Shown one piece after another: positions 63,351-64,000 of a DNA stretch of 64,000 nucleotides. This stretch comes from Thalia democratica. Taxonomy: Eukaryota. Positions within the stretch are counted from its first letter, which is position 1. Each line of letters opens with the position of its first letter. Under the pieces are notes generated by a model. The model had not been told where the DNA came from. It ran no database searches and saw only the letters and a list, made by a program, of their open reading frames with translations. Both the position numbers and the translations under genes were made by a program. The DNA lies in the NCBI GenBank assembly GCA_965202585.1, contig OZ241829.1, positions 72,912,001 to 72,976,000 on the forward strand, given 5' to 3'.

Positions 63351-63839
63351 ACTTAGTCGTCGTTAAACGACTATAAGGTGTACTCATTAAAACCTGCAGC
63401 TTCTTGTTTTACATTCTAAACTTAAAAAGCTTAAGCATAGTTTATTAACATTTCATTAATCAGTTTTATTCAACTGAACGCTAATGCGTGAGATCGTTTA
63501 AAAAAATATTCTAAATTAGTTTATGTCTTTTTCAACTTAAAGCTCCTTAGGAGGCTCAAGTTTTTTTTTTAATAAATAACCTTGAACTTTTTAAACGTCA
63601 TGACGTGGCAAGCTTTGTTTGATTCAAAAACATTTTTATATCAATTTTGTATAAATATTAAGCTAGAGTGCTTTTTTCACAGGTCAACGTAAAAAGTGAA
63701 CATACATTTAATTATTTCACACCTCATATTACCTCAGGGAAAACCAACTATGACGTCATTCGATGGGTCAAATGTCTTACATGTAAATACTTATTGGTAA
63801 GTCATAAGACTAACTAGTGATTTACCCAACTTTTAAAAC

Positions 63840-64000
63840 TAGGATCCGTCCAGATCCTTGCAAGAAGTTTTTTTTAGTTAGTCAGATCCGGAACTTATTT
63901 TTAAATTATAATTTGGCCTGATCTGGATCTGTTTTTATTTTGGATCCGACTGGACTAGGATATCAATTTTAAATTAGGATCTGGCCGATTCCGGATTTTA
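63840..64000. mobile_element. Probable DNA-transposon/MITE subterminal region with GGATCC/GATCCGG repeats (runs off the window edge)
   Basis: Dense GGATCC, GATCCGG and GGATCT motifs; related words also lie upstream of the 65-nt cassettes (e.g. 38859-38868). Confidence 0.35.

Overview
Very AT-rich eukaryotic nuclear DNA, roughly 25% GC by eye. It is probably from an invertebrate animal; the species cannot be determined from the sequence. There is no rRNA, tRNA or CRISPR array, and no intact host protein-coding gene can be called with confidence. The only long ORF (4764-6077, minus) is a 5'-truncated Penelope-like retroelement with the C-terminal half of the reverse transcriptase and a GIY-YIG endonuclease; its 3' tail holds a degenerate hammerhead-like motif. 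From 3.5 to 11 kb there are scattered spliced-exon candidates, some with nonsense codons, plus a small CpG-rich regulatory island. From about 12 kb to the end, the window is a hierarchical, mosaic tandem array. Six long units (about 4-9.7 kb) each start with a conserved promoter-like block ending GTCGT-spacer-ACGAC-TATAAA, and a seventh such TATA motif sits at 63.36 kb. In five of the six units a hairpin with CRE (TGACGTCA)-type arms and a YY1-like or related motif follow. Then come short exon-like cassettes (62, 65 and 78 nt classes) with polypyrimidine-AG starts and an invariant G|GTTAGT end. Shorter related modules lie at 12.5-21.5 kb. The cassettes have no conserved ATG-initiated ORF, so the array looks like a family of spliced non-coding transcription units. 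That is inference and needs RNA data. hAT and Tc1/mariner MITEs with target-site duplications, foldbacks, deletions and a chimeric unit record the array's history. All alignments, counts and folds were done by eye.
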